From a virus (lineage: Duplodnaviria > Caudoviricetes), in the IMG/VR virus record IMGVR_UViG_3300032132_000748: 64,000 bases of DNA; one strand, written 5' to 3'. Positions 20,694 to 29,527 of this stretch are shown here, in pieces. A program made the position numbers and the translations under genes. The notes beneath the pieces were generated by a model. The model had not been told where the DNA came from. It saw nothing but the letters and a program-made list of their open reading frames with translations, and searched no databases. Position 1 is the stretch's first letter. The number at the start of each line of letters is the position of its first letter.

Positions 20694-21197
20694 ATGATCG
20701 AGTTATTAGATTACCGCCTGAGCAAGAAGAAGCTTCTCACACCTGGCAAGACCGTCTCCAAAGAGACCTTAAATTCTAGCGAATTTTTAGAAAACATAGA
20801 GGAAATGAAAAAAATCCTAGCCCAAGATGGGGTAGGCTTAGCGGCTACTCAGGTGAACTGGCCCATTCAATTATTTATGCTTTGTATCGACAAGGAGGAC
20901 AATAAAATTGACCCAACTATCTTTCTAAACCCAAAAATATTATCCTTTTCTAAAAAAGAAATTAGATCGGAAGAAGGTTGTCTGTCTTTTCCATATCTCT
21001 ACATAAAAGTATCTCGACCTGGATCCATAACTTGGGAATACCAAGATTTAGAGGGTAATAGGCATGAAACAACTTCTACGGGATTTTATGCTAGGGCCGT
21101 TCAACATGAAATAGATCACTTAAATGGAAAAGTATTTATAAACCGAGCCAGCCCCGTTCAAAAAATGAAAGTTAAAAAATGGTTAAAAGACAGCTAA
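20694..21197 (+). CDS. def: peptide deformylase
   Basis: GVGLAATQV, EEGCLS, QHEIDHLNG. Confidence 0.95.
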   Translation: MIELLDYRLSKKKLLTPGKTVSKETLNSSEFLENIEEMKKILAQDGVGLAATQVNWPIQLFMLCIDKEDNKIDPTIFLNPKILSFSKKEIRSEEGCLSFPYLYIKVSRPGSITWEYQDLEGNRHETTSTGFYARAVQHEIDHLNGKVFINRASPVQKMKVKKWLKDS

Positions 21198-21249
21198 TGT
21201 ATTTTGCAGTGCTTATTTTAGAAAATTGCTATAATGGAGGTAGGTAGGT

Positions 21250-21597
21250 ATGGGATCCTTGGATGCTCACAAAGAAGAAATTTTATCACAACTAGTGCAT
21301 GGAGATTGGAAAGCCTTATTTCCAAAAAAAGCGTACGAAAATCTTGCTAACTGGGCAAAAACCCAAATTAACGAGACATTAGTAAATGTGCGTTTTCTTT
21401 TTACGTCAAATGATGTAAAATATGCAGTATACTTGGTGTGCTCACCTAAGTTTCAAAAAGGTAAGGTTGATGTTAGAAATATGAAGTTAGGTGAGGAAGG
21501 GCTACCTTTGGCTATTCCTCCCGCTCTATATAAAATGCCTCTTTACTGCATGCCGAGAGACGCAATAGAAAAAATTATTAAAAAGAAAAATAAGTAG
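21250..21597 (+). CDS. hypothetical protein
   Basis: TATAAT plus GGAGGT upstream. Confidence 0.65.
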   Translation: MGSLDAHKEEILSQLVHGDWKALFPKKAYENLANWAKTQINETLVNVRFLFTSNDVKYAVYLVCSPKFQKGKVDVRNMKLGEEGLPLAIPPALYKMPLYCMPRDAIEKIIKKKNK

Positions 21598-21786
21598 ATG
21601 ACCAGTTTAGAGAGAAAAGTTGATAGATTAATTACTTTGCTAGAAGAGAAAGAAATGGCCTCTTACAGTAAGCAATGCAGGGATCATCAGCATTTAACTC
21701 TAGAGATGATTACAAACACGGTGCTGGGAAGCATGGTAGGTTACTTTCTCTTTAGAGTAATGGACCACCATTTCAGAAAAGCATAG
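21598..21786 (+). CDS. small membrane protein
   Basis: abuts upstream stop; hydrophobic C-terminal segment. Confidence 0.5.
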   Translation: MTSLERKVDRLITLLEEKEMASYSKQCRDHQHLTLEMITNTVLGSMVGYFLFRVMDHHFRKA

Positions 21787-21821
21787 TTGCTTATTTAGTC
21801 TTTATTTCCTAGTATATAGAC

Positions 21822-22229
21822 ATGAGTTTATTAGCCAATTACATGCACAGCCCTGTTGGATTCGGAGAGTATGGCAATGCTCCCACCGCAGGATCTGTTA
21901 TTTCAAACGCAACTTTAGTTGATATCACAAGCCCTGCCGAGCTTAAAGGCGGTAAGATAACCGCTGGTCTTTCAGTTAAGAAAGACGGTGATCAGTTCAA
22001 AGCCGGAGTCGAATTACCTTTAGTCGGTTTTATTGGTTTGCACGCTTTTAAAGGTGATGAGCCTGTAACTGTTAGCTTACCGGTTCCCGGTCCAGCACAA
22101 CCTATCCTGGGTGCAAATGTAGCTTTACAGTTCATTCCGCCTGAGAACAAGCCTCTTGATATGAAAATGATTGCTGGAATTGGCTTAGGTATAGTAGTTG
22201 TTCTTCTTCTTCTCAAGAAAAAGAAATAG
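21822..22229 (+). CDS. Gly/Phe-motif protein with C-terminal TM and KKKK
   Basis: VGFGEYG near the N-terminus; IAGIGLGIVVVLLLLKKKK; TTGCTT-17-TAGTAT-6-ATG. Confidence 0.7.
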   Translation: MSLLANYMHSPVGFGEYGNAPTAGSVISNATLVDITSPAELKGGKITAGLSVKKDGDQFKAGVELPLVGFIGLHAFKGDEPVTVSLPVPGPAQPILGANVALQFIPPENKPLDMKMIAGIGLGIVVVLLLLKKKK

Positions 22230-22233
22230 CATT

Positions 22234-22995
22234 CTATTTTAGCGTTTTAATAAAAGCTTTTGTGGCCTTCATACTTTTATGGCCGCAAAAGCTTTTTACT
22301 GCTTCTTCTGATCCTGTTTGATCATAAATTTGCTTGGCTCGCAATCGCTTTAGCGCTTGAAAATCCAGAAATTTTTCTGGATAACCTGCTTTAACTGCGT
22401 ACTTAGTGAGAATACGACGAGCCCCAGATAGAGATAAACCTTTGGAATTGTTTCTATCAGTGTTGAAGAATAAGTGCCCTCCCTCAACTAAATTATCATC
22501 TGGAACAGAGTTTTTATATTTATGTAGCACACTTGCCAGGGAGGCAGGCAAATCCTGATCCCAGCTAATCCCTATTACCTTTTTAACGTCTCCAGTTAGA
22601 AAAATTAACCTAATGAGAAGATAATCTCTCACCCCAACCAAAGTGGTGATATCTATCTTACCAAGGATTTTTTTAAGATCTCCAAAGCTCACATTTTTGG
22701 CCTTTGCATATTTTTCTATTGGATTAGCTCTTACTGATAAGGAAGGATCAGAAGATAACCATCCTTGATCCCAGCAGTAGTCACAAAAACTTCTAATAGC
22801 CGCTAGGCGGGCCGCGATAGTCTGTGGAGCCTTATCTGCCAGACCTTTTTTATACGTAACTACTCGATTTGTTGTTATCTGGCCAACAGCAGAGATGTTT
22901 TCAATAAAATCTCTCAGGACTATCTCATAGTTTATTTTTGTTGTTCGATTATCAAGGCTATTTAGGTATTGTTCAAGCGCGCTTTTTACGTCCAT
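22234..22995 (-). CDS. degenerate tyrosine recombinase (XerC/D-like)
   Basis: core-binding domain APQTIAARLAAIRSFCDY..DP; RDYLLI; FQALKR and CGHKS..ATKAF replace HxLR and the catalytic Tyr. Confidence 0.75.
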   Translation of the reverse strand: MDVKSALEQYLNSLDNRTTKINYEIVLRDFIENISAVGQITTNRVVTYKKGLADKAPQTIAARLAAIRSFCDYCWDQGWLSSDPSLSVRANPIEKYAKAKNVSFGDLKKILGKIDITTLVGVRDYLLIRLIFLTGDVKKVIGISWDQDLPASLASVLHKYKNSVPDDNLVEGGHLFFNTDRNNSKGLSLSGARRILTKYAVKAGYPEKFLDFQALKRLRAKQIYDQTGSEEAVKSFCGHKSMKATKAFIKTLK

Positions 22996-23022
22996 TTTTG
23001 TATAATACCTTTAAGGTGTTAT

Positions 23023-23775
23023 ATGTCAAACTTTGATCTCTCAGATTTATCCTTTCCCTCCCGGTTTAATAAGAAGAAACCCTCTAAGGCTCAGATGGAG
23101 GAGATGTTCTGGGAGATCGTTGATTACATCAAGAGTAAGGGCTGCCCCGTTACGGTTTTTTCGAATAAATCCAAGATTAATGGATCAAATGGTTACTTCT
23201 GTTCCGATCCAAAACCCCACATCAAAGCAGCTATCAAAGGAAAAGGCTGGGATAAGGCAATTCAACTCATCACTCATGAATTTTGCCACTACTGGCAATG
23301 GAAAGACAAGTTCATCGGACACAAAGATGACCAAGGAAATATATACTACTCAATGATTTTAGAGGGAGAAGATATTACACCTAAACAGAGAGAGAAAGCG
23401 AGTGTTCTAGTAAGATTATCTGAGTATGATTGTGAAATAAGAACAGCAGAATTACTTGAAAAATGGAATATTACATCGATTTATCCTATTCATGAACACA
23501 TAAAATCAGCAAATACCTATAACAGACATATTGCTTGGTCCGTCGGAAGTGAGCAGGAAGAGGGGAGTGGGGTTTTCTTACATACATACGATAAACTAGC
23601 TCCTCAGTTGTGGGGAGGCAGAAAGTTTAAAAATTTCTGGAATCCCAAAACAGCTAGCGGGAGAAAAAAGATCTTCTCTTCTATATCTAGAGACCATAAA
23701 GCTGTCTTTGAAAGAGCTTTAGCTAGAGCCGGTGGAAAAAAAGCTGTTGCTGCAAGACGTAAAAGAAAAAAATAG
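23023..23775 (+). CDS. zincin-like metallopeptidase domain protein (start revised to MSNF)
   Basis: THEFCHYWQ (HExxH) plus downstream EYDCE. Confidence 0.65.
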   Translation: MSNFDLSDLSFPSRFNKKKPSKAQMEEMFWEIVDYIKSKGCPVTVFSNKSKINGSNGYFCSDPKPHIKAAIKGKGWDKAIQLITHEFCHYWQWKDKFIGHKDDQGNIYYSMILEGEDITPKQREKASVLVRLSEYDCEIRTAELLEKWNITSIYPIHEHIKSANTYNRHIAWSVGSEQEEGSGVFLHTYDKLAPQLWGGRKFKNFWNPKTASGRKKIFSSISRDHKAVFERALARAGGKKAVAARRKRKK

Positions 23776-23820
23776 TTGTTCAGAGATTGAAAATTACTAT
23801 AATTTAGTTACATATAACTT

Positions 23821-24045
23821 ATGCAAAAAACCGAACTATCTCAAAAACAAATGACTGCAGTCTTGGCTGCTAATTTTAGCGAGCTTAGCGCTGTTTTCAA
23901 TTCACTACCTCCGCTTAAAAAAATATTAGGTGATGATTCAGAAAGAAGACAGCGCATTTTAGATGATCTAAATTATATTTTGACTAAGGGCCTAGCTCAC
24001 GACCCCAAAAAAAAGAACTTATACAACGCATTTGAGGCGAAATAG
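23821..24045 (+). CDS. hypothetical protein
   Basis: TTGAAA..TATAAT upstream. Confidence 0.55.
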   Translation: MQKTELSQKQMTAVLAANFSELSAVFNSLPPLKKILGDDSERRQRILDDLNYILTKGLAHDPKKKNLYNAFEAK

Positions 24046-24087
24046 GTTGAGCCTTGATCCTTTAGTCCTATCGGATATACTTCATTA

Positions 24088-24393
24088 ATGGATATAACAT
24101 TCTGTATACTATTAACAATAACTATCCTCATGTATCTTGAAGGGGCGCTCATCTCCACAATATCGGGCATGATGCTCCGATCACCCAAAGGGGTGCTTGC
24201 ACTCATGATAGTTTTTTGGCCGCTGGCCCTGCCCTACCTAATGTTCAGAGCCTACAAAGCATTTCAGCCCATAATAGCCCAAGTACAGATGCTGGAACAA
24301 CTTCAATCAACTTTTCAAAACCCCTTAGTGGGAGAATTAATGGATCATAACACGGAGGATCTAACTACAGCTCAGGCTGGTCAAAATTTATGA
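24088..24393 (+). CDS. two-TM membrane protein
   Basis: two hydrophobic segments, FWPL; TATACT-6nt-ATG. Confidence 0.6.
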   Translation: MDITFCILLTITILMYLEGALISTISGMMLRSPKGVLALMIVFWPLALPYLMFRAYKAFQPIIAQVQMLEQLQSTFQNPLVGELMDHNTEDLTTAQAGQNL

Positions 24394-24980
24394 GACGAGG
24401 CGGAAAAAAAAGACCAAACGGACCACCCAGAGATCCGTTCGATAAAAAATACAGAGTAAACGACAGAATACGCGCCAGAACCGTGCGTGTTATAGGCCCC
24501 GAAGGCGGTCAGGTAGGTGTCATGTCAAAATATGACGCTATCTCAAAAGCTAAAGAATTCGGAATGGACCTGGTTGAGATAGCTCAAGATGCTAAACCCC
24601 CAGTTTGCAAGATAGCTGATTTTGGGAAAATGCGTTACGAGCATAGTAAGAAACAAAAGCAGCAACGCAAAAAGCAGGCACAGTCAGTAAAGACTGTCCA
24701 GTTTCGCCCTAATATTGGAGAGTCTGATCTACATAGAAAGATTACGGACATACAAAAGTTCCTAGATAAGGGACATCGGGTTGTTGTTCAGGTAACGATG
24801 AAGGGAAGGCAGAAAGCTAACCCTCGATTAGCCGAAACCCAGACTATCGGTAAAATTCAAGAAACTCTAATAGACGCCAGTATGGAAAAACCTTCACGAC
24901 AAGGCGGAAGGATCACAGTAGCTTTTACTAAGATTATTCCAAAAGAAGATAAAGCAAATGAGCAAGCCCAGCAGAGATAG
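24390..24980 (+). CDS. infC: translation initiation factor IF-3
   Basis: RVNDRIRARTVRVIG, GMDLVEIA..AKPPVCKIADFGKMRYE, FRPNIGESD, FLDKGHRV. Confidence 0.93.
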   Translation: MRRGGKKRPNGPPRDPFDKKYRVNDRIRARTVRVIGPEGGQVGVMSKYDAISKAKEFGMDLVEIAQDAKPPVCKIADFGKMRYEHSKKQKQQRKKQAQSVKTVQFRPNIGESDLHRKITDIQKFLDKGHRVVVQVTMKGRQKANPRLAETQTIGKIQETLIDASMEKPSRQGGRITVAFTKIIPKEDKANEQAQQR

Positions 24981-25161
24981 ATGCGGCACGCCATCTTGTA
25001 AAGAAAAGCCTTGGTGGAATAAATATTGGCCAGCTACTAATCAATTTTATTGTGGAAAGTGCTCTAATATCATCAAAGAAGAGTTGGTGGGCCTGGATAG
25101 CGAAGTTCAGCTATTTACTGCTTGGAAAATGGTGGACCCCCCTCAATATGAGATCCCATAA
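24958..25161 (+). CDS. small zinc-finger protein
   Basis: CGTPSC...YCGKC. Confidence 0.5.
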   Translation: MSKPSRDRCGTPSCKEKPWWNKYWPATNQFYCGKCSNIIKEELVGLDSEVQLFTAWKMVDPPQYEIP

Positions 25162-25187
25162 AAATAGCCCCTTGCGGGGCTATTTTT
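25160..25187. terminator. bidirectional intrinsic terminator
   Basis: AAAAATAGCCCC-TTGC-GGGGCTATTTTT between convergent genes. Confidence 0.85.
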
Positions 25188-25189
25188 GT

Positions 25190-25768
25190 TTACCAGTTCT
25201 CTTTCAGGAGAGGTTTCCAGCTTTGTGGCCTAGATTCCTTTTTAACCCCGAGAACGGGATTCCACTTGGGCCTGACTGGCTTGCGCGGTAGTTTTAATCC
25301 TGCTTCTACTGGAGTCCTGTCTGCCTTTTTATTATTACACCTAAGGCAGGAAGTAACACAGTTTTCCCAAGTGTTCCCACCATTCCTTGATTTAGGAATA
25401 ACGTGGTCTAAGGAAAGCTCATCTTTCTTGAATTGTTTCAAGCAATACTGGCATCGGTAATCATCTCTGCGGTAAATAGCTCTAGATGAAAACTTAACAC
25501 TCGCCCTATGCAGCTTACCATATTTAGTTAGTATAACTACTTGAGGTGCAGGAACATCAATACTTGGAGTCTTGATGTAGCTAGTAACTTCTGGGGTGTT
25601 TTCTCCAGAAATCCAATCCTCCCAGGAATAAGTTAAAAAGCTTGTTGTACATAAAGCTCTTGCACTATCCCTACACATAAGGTCGATAGCGTCTTTGGTA
25701 CTTGTTGTACCAATGACTGTCCAACTCTTATTTAGAACTAATACAGGCTTGTTTAAAATAGCTGTCAT
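25190..25768 (-). CDS. HNH endonuclease (McrA-like)
   Basis: VLVLN, RRDDYRCQYC, SLDHVIPKSRNG, WENCVTSCLRCNNKK. Confidence 0.92.
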   Translation of the reverse strand: MTAILNKPVLVLNKSWTVIGTTSTKDAIDLMCRDSARALCTTSFLTYSWEDWISGENTPEVTSYIKTPSIDVPAPQVVILTKYGKLHRASVKFSSRAIYRRDDYRCQYCLKQFKKDELSLDHVIPKSRNGGNTWENCVTSCLRCNNKKADRTPVEAGLKLPRKPVRPKWNPVLGVKKESRPQSWKPLLKENW

Positions 25769-25773
25769 AAAAC

Positions 25774-25917
25774 CTACTTGTCTCTATTAACCCAGACCGT
25801 AAATACCGTGAGCAATGTCACCAGAAGCATAAGCCGTTTGTTCAGCCGCATTTGAGCCTCTAGGAAGCAGAGCCGCTCCTCGCTGAGGACGCACATTTGC
25901 CGTATCTTTTGATCCAT
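25774..25917 (-). CDS. 47-aa membrane peptide missed by the ORF track (an overlapping 35-aa frame also exists)
   Basis: TATAAT-7nt-ATG; MDQKIRQMCVLSEERLCFLEAQMRLNKRLMLLVTLLTVFTVWVNRDK. Confidence 0.45.
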   Translation of the reverse strand: MDQKIRQMCVLSEERLCFLEAQMRLNKRLMLLVTLLTVFTVWVNRDK

Positions 25918-25952
25918 ATAGACTATTATAACACAAATGATATGATGGGGTT

Positions 25953-26294
25953 ATGATTTATTTGACTGATACCGCTGCAACGAAGATACAAACTCTTTTT
26001 GAGGAAAAAAACATGGCTGCTGACTCTGCAATAAGGTTTGCAGTTAAAGGCGGCGGTTGTTCTGGGTTTTCTTTAGACGTTAACTTGGAACCACCCAGAA
26101 AATATGAGATGGCTCGCAAGAATGATTGTAAGTTTCTAGAGAAAGGTATTCGTATATTGGTAGATAAAAAATCTTTACTCTTCTTAGATCAAACTAGAGT
26201 TGATTACGTTAAAGAAAAGTTTGGACACAAATTCTCTTACGAAAACCCTAACGCAAAAGGTTGGTGTGGCTGCGGAGAGAGTTTCTCAGTTTAA
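25953..26294 (+). CDS. A-type Fe-S carrier (IscA/HesB/ErpA family)
   Basis: GGGCSGF, NPNAKGWCGCGESF. Confidence 0.92.
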   Translation: MIYLTDTAATKIQTLFEEKNMAADSAIRFAVKGGGCSGFSLDVNLEPPRKYEMARKNDCKFLEKGIRILVDKKSLLFLDQTRVDYVKEKFGHKFSYENPNAKGWCGCGESFSV

Positions 26295-27532
26295 TAAGCC
26301 ACCAGATGGGTAACCCCGTCTAGTGGATCATATACCGAACGAAGTGATGACTTTTGATAGGGTTTTTTAAAACTAGAATGCTGATGTTCTAGGTTTGGTG
26401 GTGATTTTGATACGTGCAGTTCTGGTTTAAGGAACGCAATATGAGTCCCTCCTCCGTGACCAGTGCGGATTTTTAGTTTACCCCAAGTTCTAACATTAAT
26501 GGTTTCATTAAGTTGAAAGGGCTTTCCGTTAACTTCTACATAAGGTATGTTTTCTGGTATACCTGTATCCATACATACAACTTTTGCGGTAAATTCAGTT
26601 ATACGAGGTGGAAGATCCCAAGTCACTTCACTCCCTCCGTGAAGATAAAGAGCATCTGTAACAAACTTCCCTTCAAACGTTGAGGGTATTTTTTGTAACT
26701 CTGCATTAAAATTATATGTGCCGTATTCTAGCAATCCCCAACTTATATACTTTTCTATTGGAGAAATTTGGCTTAAATGAATAATGTCAGGCAGGGCTTG
26801 CATCGAGTGATCCACTAAGGAACTAAGACCGTTAGGTCTTGTTCTCATACCCATAAGATGAGCACCCCTTTGGCTTAAAACCCACTGCCATAAATCTGAA
26901 TTACTTTCAGCATTATTGATAACGCATTTAATCCCTTCGACATAACTTAATTCTCCATGAAAGGCAGCGACCATAATTCCTTGGTCTTCCATAATCATGA
27001 ATGGAGTTTTAAGGTGTGTCTCCAAAGCGGTATCTATCCGATGATAATCTTCCGCTCGTATAGAAATGATTCCAGTATTACAGTTAGGTGTCGTTAAATC
27101 TTCACCAACCCCAAATAATTCTTTATATTGTTTTACATTTGGCCCCAAACTGGAGCCCCAGTCTCGCATGACAACAGCCTTTTCTGAAACTATTTTTCTT
27201 AAATCTGCATCCCAGTTTTTATAGAAGAAAATATCACAGTCGAAAACAACTACACGTTCAGCTTTGTAGGTCTCAAACCCACGCTTGAGACATTCGAGCT
27301 TTCCTAGTAGTATGGCTTTAGGCACGTCATAAATGACGATAGGCTCCTCTTCAACCATTAAGTTGGGAAGTTGTTCCAGTTCTGCACGATCTTCCTCAGT
27401 AAGAGAACCATCGCTCAATATTAGATGGGGGATGTCGAATCCGCGATCTAGATGGGCGCGCATACAGAACCAATTGAATTTGAAAATTTGTACGTCTCGG
27501 TGACATAAGAGGGATGCAAAAAGTAATTTCAT
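26291..27532 (-). CDS. GT-A glycosyltransferase (GT8-like) with C-terminal beta domain
   Basis: VVFDCDIFF (DxD), NTGII, EDQG; TAGTAT-6nt-ATG. Confidence 0.7.
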   Translation of the reverse strand: MKLLFASLLCHRDVQIFKFNWFCMRAHLDRGFDIPHLILSDGSLTEEDRAELEQLPNLMVEEEPIVIYDVPKAILLGKLECLKRGFETYKAERVVVFDCDIFFYKNWDADLRKIVSEKAVVMRDWGSSLGPNVKQYKELFGVGEDLTTPNCNTGIISIRAEDYHRIDTALETHLKTPFMIMEDQGIMVAAFHGELSYVEGIKCVINNAESNSDLWQWVLSQRGAHLMGMRTRPNGLSSLVDHSMQALPDIIHLSQISPIEKYISWGLLEYGTYNFNAELQKIPSTFEGKFVTDALYLHGGSEVTWDLPPRITEFTAKVVCMDTGIPENIPYVEVNGKPFQLNETINVRTWGKLKIRTGHGGGTHIAFLKPELHVSKSPPNLEHQHSSFKKPYQKSSLRSVYDPLDGVTHLVAY

Positions 27533-27603
27533 GATGCCATACTATAACATGCCCCACTTCTCGAAACTAGATCGGTAAGAAGATATTGTGACGTTTCTAA
27601 GGG

Positions 27604-27632
27604 TTGACAGATATACATCAATTGTGTAGAAT
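27604..27632 (+). promoter_or_regulatory. sigma70 promoter of the tmRNA
   Basis: TTGACA-17nt-(TG)TAGAAT, 9 nt before the mature 5' end. Confidence 0.85.
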
Positions 27633-27641
27633 CACGCACAT

Positions 27642-28092
27642 GGGGTCGAAATGGTTTCGACTGAACGTGGAAAGTAGAGATGCGTGCCGCAGATGAGATT
27701 AAGGCTGCGCTGTATGAAGCTTGCTTCAAACAGAAAATATCTCAAATTTTTCAATTGCCAACACTAACGTTGACACCCCCAGCAGCTTAAGCGACGCTGA
27801 CATCCACGCATGGATCGATGGCGCTGTCGCTGTTGCCGTTTAATTAGTCTAACGACTAACCGCTAGGAAACGGATGCTTATTGAATCTCTCGTCTCTGAG
27901 AGGATATAGGTATTGGGTAGCAAGAGAGACTGCTAAAGTTAAATCGCTCTCGATTGACTTTCTAAGATTAGAGAGCTGGGTAGTTAGGCTGTGTTCATTC
28001 ATGCTAACTGCTAAGACCAACAATAGAACTATGTTACGTAGATTCTGTGCTGGAAGCGTTTCAACACCTGGGTTCGATTCCCAGCGACTCCA
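27642..28092 (+). ncRNA. ssrA: tmRNA; tag ORF 27757-27843 ANTNVDTPSSLSDADIHAWIDGAVAVAV
   Basis: 5' GGGGTCGAAATGGTTTCGAC; acceptor stem GGGGTCG/CGACTCC-A with G3.U; T-arm CTGGG-TTCGATT-CCCAG; GCC resume codon after an AT-rich stretch; CCA not encoded. Confidence 0.93.
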
Positions 28093-28096
28093 TTTT

Positions 28097-28117
28097 AGCC
28101 CTCTTCGGAGGGCTTTT
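28097..28117 (+). terminator. hairpin/terminator after tmRNA
   Basis: AGCCCTC-TTCG-GAGGGCT followed by TTT. Confidence 0.75.
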
Positions 28118-28136
28118 CCTTTACCCAGGAGCAATA

Positions 28137-28856
28137 GTGATTGATCTTGACGTTCTCGCTACCGAAGATTTTCGGTATAGCCCCCTCACCTGTAAAAATG
28201 CTGAAGCAATTATAGGATGCATTGCAAGTACGGAGGCCGTCGAAACTTTTCGGAGGACACTCCATAGCGATGACTATAAAGAGATAGAAACCTTTGGAGA
28301 GGACCTAATCAAAAAACACCATAAAGACGGTGTTCATTTTGATTACGATATCACCTTAGCTGCTTTGGCTATTATTCTTGTGGAATCCGATGATGAATTT
28401 CCTGAGAAATTTTTAGCGGAGTTGGCAGGCTTATACGAAGCTAAGAAAGCCCCTGAACTTTTTTGGTCTAGAAAAGTCGCTGCAAAATTGCTCTCTCTTA
28501 AAAAGAGGCTTTCGGATAAGGTTAAGGCCAAGGTCCGAAAGCATTTTCCTGATGCAATCTTTTTGCCGGTCGATGAGATGGGACTGATATTTGATCCTCC
28601 TCCACACCTCGCTAAAGCCAAAGTACTTCAGCAACTTATTATTGCTGTATCAGTCAAGGAAGGCATGGTCAAAGTCATCGATCATGATGGACAAGTGTTT
28701 GATTTGCCTGAAGAAGCCATATTGGCATCGCATAAAGACGCTGACATCACTAAGCCCTACTTAACTGATTATGGTCAGACACTAGGCTTTGGTAAATATG
28801 GTGAGTGCGAACTAGAAGGTGATTGGGTTTTTGCTCAAAGCAAGACTACTGCGTAG
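28137..28856 (+). CDS. hypothetical protein (start revised to GTG after the tmRNA)
   Basis: AGGAG SD before GTG 28137; the annotated start lies inside the tmRNA. Confidence 0.65.
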   Translation: MIDLDVLATEDFRYSPLTCKNAEAIIGCIASTEAVETFRRTLHSDDYKEIETFGEDLIKKHHKDGVHFDYDITLAALAIILVESDDEFPEKFLAELAGLYEAKKAPELFWSRKVAAKLLSLKKRLSDKVKAKVRKHFPDAIFLPVDEMGLIFDPPPHLAKAKVLQQLIIAVSVKEGMVKVIDHDGQVFDLPEEAILASHKDADITKPYLTDYGQTLGFGKYGECELEGDWVFAQSKTTA

Positions 28857-29523
28857 TCTTTTCTGCCTTCTTTCTAGCTTTGGATTTCTTTTTAGCAGCT
28901 ACAAAGGGCGTCTGTTCTCTAATAACGGCCCTTTGAATCTTTATCATTAAGATAGCCACAATCATAAGAAATAGCCCGGAACCTACTCTTAGGAGTAGGT
29001 TCATGGTGCCTACGTCTATTTTGTGAGTTTTAAGATGCTGAAAGCGTCGATCTCCTTTGAATTTGTTCGCATAGGCGATACTAAATTCATCGTGACCATT
29101 TTTACACCCAGAAGCCCATATAGGCCCCACATCCCGAGGTAGCTGGGTAGGTTTTTTTACAAAACCACTTCTATTTATCGATCCCCAGACTTTTCGAGGC
29201 TTTCCGAAGGCATCTTCTTTGCCCATAGGCCAGTAGATATCTGCATTACAGTAGCTTCTGTAAAACATATCATTAATCAACGCTTTCTTTAGTAAAAGAT
29301 TAAATTCTGGAGTTCCTGGTCGATGCCTTGTTGTTCTTGCGAGACGAGTACCTAGAGATTTAAATCTAGCTACCATTAATCGAATGTAGTCCATTCGAGC
29401 AGCGTCATTGTCCAGTTTCTTTTGGAAACCTTGCTGCATCTTGTTCATCTTTACAGCATGGCCTGCTGTGAGTGCAACATTAGTGACTGCTGATCCGATT
29501 AGTGCTACTGCGGGTAATACCAT
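28846..29523 (-). CDS. membrane protein, paralogue 3 of tandem trio
   Basis: shared domain PG..F...L....Y...C...W...CK; N-terminal hydrophobic stretch; C-terminal TM and basic tail. Confidence 0.75.
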   Translation of the reverse strand: MVLPAVALIGSAVTNVALTAGHAVKMNKMQQGFQKKLDNDAARMDYIRLMVARFKSLGTRLARTTRHRPGTPEFNLLLKKALINDMFYRSYCNADIYWPMGKEDAFGKPRKVWGSINRSGFVKKPTQLPRDVGPIWASGCKNGHDEFSIAYANKFKGDRRFQHLKTHKIDVGTMNLLLRVGSGLFLMIVAILMIKIQRAVIREQTPFVAAKKKSKARKKAEKTTQ

Positions 29524-29527
29524 AGTG

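Noticed and set aside
22234-22995. Active integrase marking a prophage or island boundary
   Set aside because: Catalytic residues are missing, no att repeats were seen, and gene style is the same on both sides.
25190-25768. HNH gene as an intron-encoded homing endonuclease
   Set aside because: It is free-standing with its own terminator and does not interrupt a gene.
28060-28092. Stand-alone tRNA
   Set aside because: The T-arm and acceptor strand pair with 27642-27648, so this is the tmRNA 3' end; no anticodon arm. No other tRNA was spotted by eye.
27529-28144. ORFs 27529..27729, 27856..28134, 27881..28144 and the 5' part of 28047..28856
   Set aside because: They overlap the tmRNA, its promoter and its hairpin; spurious translations.
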